From: Amoebophrya sp. A120
Taxonomy: Eukaryota; Protista; Dinoflagellata
Reading direction: 5' to 3'
Assembly (NCBI GenBank): GCA_905178155.1
Contig: CAJINV010000017.1
Coordinates: 1,534,269 to 1,598,268 of the forward strand
DNA length: 64,000 bases
This document shows, piece after piece, positions 60,660 through 64,000 of this stretch (within the stretch, counting starts at the first letter, position 1; each line of letters starts with the position of its first letter). Both the position numbers and the translations under genes were made by a program. The notes below the pieces were generated by a model. It saw nothing but the letters and a program-made list of their open reading frames with translations. It searched no databases and was not told where the DNA came from.

Positions 60660-61137
60660 CATCAGGGAAAGTTGAAGCGGGCACTTCGATTTTCCTTCGA
60701 TGAGGGAAAGCTGAAGTGGCCAATTCAAATTTCCTTCGATGAGGGAAGGTTGAAGTGGTCACTTCAATTTTCCTTCGATGATGGAAAGTTGAAGTGGCCA
60801 CTTCGAATTTCCTTCGATGAGGGAAAGTTGACGGGGCCATTTCAAATTTCCTTCGATGAGGGAAGGTTGAAGCGGTAACGTCGATTTTCCTTCGATGAGG
60901 GAAAGGCGAAGTGGCCACTTCAAATTTCCTTCGAAGAGGGAAAGTTGAAGCGGCCATCCCAAATTTCCTTGCTTCGATGAGGGAAAGTTGAAATGGCAAC
61001 TGCGAGCTTCCTTTGATGAGGGAGCGTTGAAGTGGGCACTTCGATTTTCCTTCGATGAGGGAAAGTTGAAATGGCCATTTCAAATTTCCTTCGATGGGGG
61101 GAAGTTGAAGTGGCCACTTCAAATGTCCTTCGATGAG
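60660..61137. repeat. Tandem array of 12 x 39-bp self-palindromic units
   Basis: Consensus gatgagggaaagttgaagtggccacttcaaatttccttc, whose core ttgaagtggccacttcaa is a perfect palindrome. Units abut with no spacers. Confidence 0.92.
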
Positions 61138-62085
61138 CGGGCGCGCGGTGCTCGTTTGCCTTCGAATCGATGCAACGCCATTGGCTGCGTATGGGGTGAG
61201 TGAATGCGCGCGCGCAGCGCGCGCGCGAAATTTTTTTTGGTTCTATGGCTCTCCCTATTAAAGTATAATAATCAACACCATACGCGGGGGATTAGATAAT
61301 CCAGCGAGTTTTTTTTTTTTTGTGACGTGTTGGCGTTGCTGATTTTCCTCTCCCAGGCTCTCCCAACCCAGGAAAAAGGGGGCTATAAACTGTGCTGTTA
61401 TCCTTTTTGTCGTGCTTGTGCTTCGCCTTGTCGCAGTAGTATGGCCCACTCGTCATTTTCTTGTCGCGGAGAGGGTTGAAATCAGGTTGAGTGAGGAACC
61501 GAAGAAGGAGGAGAATGATCAACTAGCTCGAGGCCGCTACAAAGGCATAGGAGCCGTGGTAGGGTTTTTCGGTGTGGCCTTTCGTGTTTACATACTTACG
61601 ACTATTCTGCTCGCGCAGGAACGTTTCCTCGTTTATGATTGTGTTGATGTAGAGACGCTTCACGCTCACGACGGCAATAATTAACGTCTGGTCGTCATGG
61701 GTTTCGAGAACGAAATGAAAGTCGTCCAATTCCTGGAGTAGAAATTCAAATTCTACGGACGAAATACACAGCACTACTAAAGAGCAGCAAACCACTTAGA
61801 CGAGTGCCATGCCAGCGGCGTAGTTACGCTCACATGTGGCGTAGAGCTACGAACACAACTAAAGTAGACTAAGACTAGATAGAACAACAGAGTCCTCGCT
61901 GTCCAATCAGAACGCGTCACTTCGTGCATGAAGTTAAAGGTTACAATTGCAACCAGGCTCGTTTCCTTCGTCGGCGTTCTCGGATTCGGCCTGCTTACAA
62001 AGTAGTGCCAGCCTTCAGTAGAGGCATTAGTTACCGCTGCAGCTGCAACAAGTGACTACTCCTGGTCCGTCGGACGAAGCCCCCC

Positions 62086-63999
62086 TTGTTGCTGTCTTCC
62101 GGCTCCGTTCCGTCACTACACGATCCGACAGCGTCACCAAAAGTTGCGCACCAGAACAACGCGCTGCAGCTTCGTCTTCCACTACACAAGAACTACAAGT
62201 GCGACATTGTTTATAACATCGATCACAAGCAGCCTCCTCCAACAAGGACCGCAGCTGGAAGAACAACTAGGAAAATGCCGGAGCGGAAGATGCGTACATC
62301 GGCCGCGCACCGCGGCTCCCGGTGCAACGGATTCCGAACGTTACAAGGTTTGGAGGACGGTCTCTACCTGGCGTACGACCTGCAAAAGAGGTTTGAAGCG
62401 AACAAGGAGAGGGCAGTGTCAAGTAGACAAGGGCCGAGACAGATGTTCACCAACCGACCGCCGATTACGAGGCAGTGCAGCGTCGTCCCGAAGTCCAACG
62501 TGCCAAACGCTTTGCAGAACGGAAAATTCTCCTTCTGGCGAGATCTGCGGGGACCGTTTAAAATTACGGGGGTATAGAGAATAAAATGATTGTCATGTTG
62601 CGTAGTAAAACTTTCTCATTTCATATTCATTTTGGATGGATGCTGCTTGTGATGAATCATCCATAGATGCGGGCATACAACTTCTACGACTTCGACTAAC
62701 AATCTAGAAGTGACATCATCTTCATCATCATGAAAAATAACAAAACTGAAACTCAGCTCGCGATTCTGGACGACCAGAGTCCAGATTTCCAGGCGCTTTG
62801 CGAGGAGTCTGACAGCCTGCGAAACGTCCCACTAGCGGAATTGAACGAGGTCTATAAAATCGAGTGGGAAGCGTACTTGAGTTACGATGTGGAAAGGAAT
62901 TTCACGGACATTGAAGACAGGAGAATCTGGGGCATTGCGGTGGTGAAAGTACCACTGAACTACAAAAAGGGCGCGCTGAAGGTAAAAATTCTAATTCAGT
63001 GATTGAAAGAACCTACGAAAGTTTGTCTCACATTTTATTTCCAGCATTTATGCTATCTTCTGCCTTTGTTCTCGTTATATATGCATTTTGAGGAGAATCA
63101 TGCACCCACGTGCACGTCTACTTCGCGCATGAGTCATGACCAACAAGTTGAAGTGACAGCACACTCCCACAGGTCTATAGTTGGGGAAAGCCATCCTGCT
63201 TTGACAAAAAACTGGAATTTCTTTTCAAGCCCGAGAGCAAGAAGCCTTTCGGGCCGACCAAGGGAAAACTGCCACCAGGTAAGTGGTTCTCCTGCTGGAA
63301 AAGACTACACTATTTCTGTGAAAGATGCAGGTGAGTGAATGCAGCTAGATGTTTACGCCCGGCTTAGGCTTTCTCGTCGTTTTGCTAACTATGCTATTGC
63401 AACACTTTATAACTACACAGATCAATCGAGTCTGAATCGCTCGCAGCGACTAAACTCTCCGACTAGCCGCGCGTCAGCCAGTGATCTCGCCTCCACGGTA
63501 GCGTCTTGGGGAATTTCTCCAAGTGACTCAACCTCGTTTGACGGTTACAGCACAGGGTCGACACACTGGCCGACGGTGCCGTTTGGTATACTTGCTTTTC
63601 TACGAGTACAACTCCTAACGCACCATGGTGAAACTACAACAAGACGAGATGAACTCTGTCGTGCTACAGATCAGCATCTTTCTTTATCGTTTCAGATGGG
63701 TGCGACTAGTGCTACTTAGTGATCATTTGTCACGCGAACCCATTACCATTCCAGGTCGCCGCAGCCCCGCGGTCGCGTCAGACACGACGAGAAAAAGTCC
63801 GTTTGGCTCCCCCCTCGATTCCACCGGATCGCAAACCGGGTTGCTACCAAGGAGCTGCTCCTCCTCTCCGAGGACAAGGAGGACGCACAGCGCCGACTCA
63901 ACGTCTGTGGACGTGGTGGATAGGAGACGGAAGCTGAACCGAACTGGGGTGGATTTGATGACTGGATGGCGGAAATACGACCCGGCAAAGTCGTACTGA
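62086..63999 (+). CDS. Hypothetical multi-exon gene; start and 3' end uncertain
   Basis: Coding-like blocks at about 62275-62571, 62757-62981 and 63755 onward, bounded by GT/AG sites. No family recognised. Confidence 0.4.
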
Positions 64000-64000
64000 C

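Noticed and set aside
60660-61137. CRISPR array
   Set aside because: The palindromic repeats abut directly with no unique spacers, there are no cas genes, and the context is eukaryotic.
60612-61203. Repetitive ORFs (SFDEGKLKW...)
   Set aside because: A by-product of a 39-bp (3n) tandem repeat that is open in several frames on both strands.

Overview
Eukaryotic, intron-containing, gene-dense DNA. Every credible gene is on the + strand. Co-oriented genes, long Ser/Ala-rich insertions in proteins and many non-GT-AG introns point to a parasitic dinoflagellate of the Amoebophrya (Syndiniales) type; this assignment is an inference. Recognisable genes: inositol-pentakisphosphate 2-kinase (IPK1), two EF-hand proteins, a tandem dynein-light-chain-like membrane protein, two tandem PITH-domain paralogs, a myristoylated START-like protein, ribosomal protein S20/uS10, an XPD/FANCJ-family Fe-S helicase, a SulP-STAS-cNMP transporter and an FHA protein. 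The main signal is a system of at least 12 transposon-like introns (introners) inside coding exons. Their ends are TAT...ATA (degenerate in some copies) with family-specific terminal inverted repeats (TIRs) and a 5-bp target-site duplication (TSD), and removing element plus one TSD restores the reading frame. Almost all families share an internal TTGT(C/G/A)ATGC motif, often at 31-33 bp spacing. Two introners carry nested insertions at that motif. One family has an inverted interior between polarity-conserved ends. One canonical GT-AG intron has the same geometry, suggesting a route from introner to canonical intron. All coordinates and splice junctions were read by eye and need RNA confirmation.
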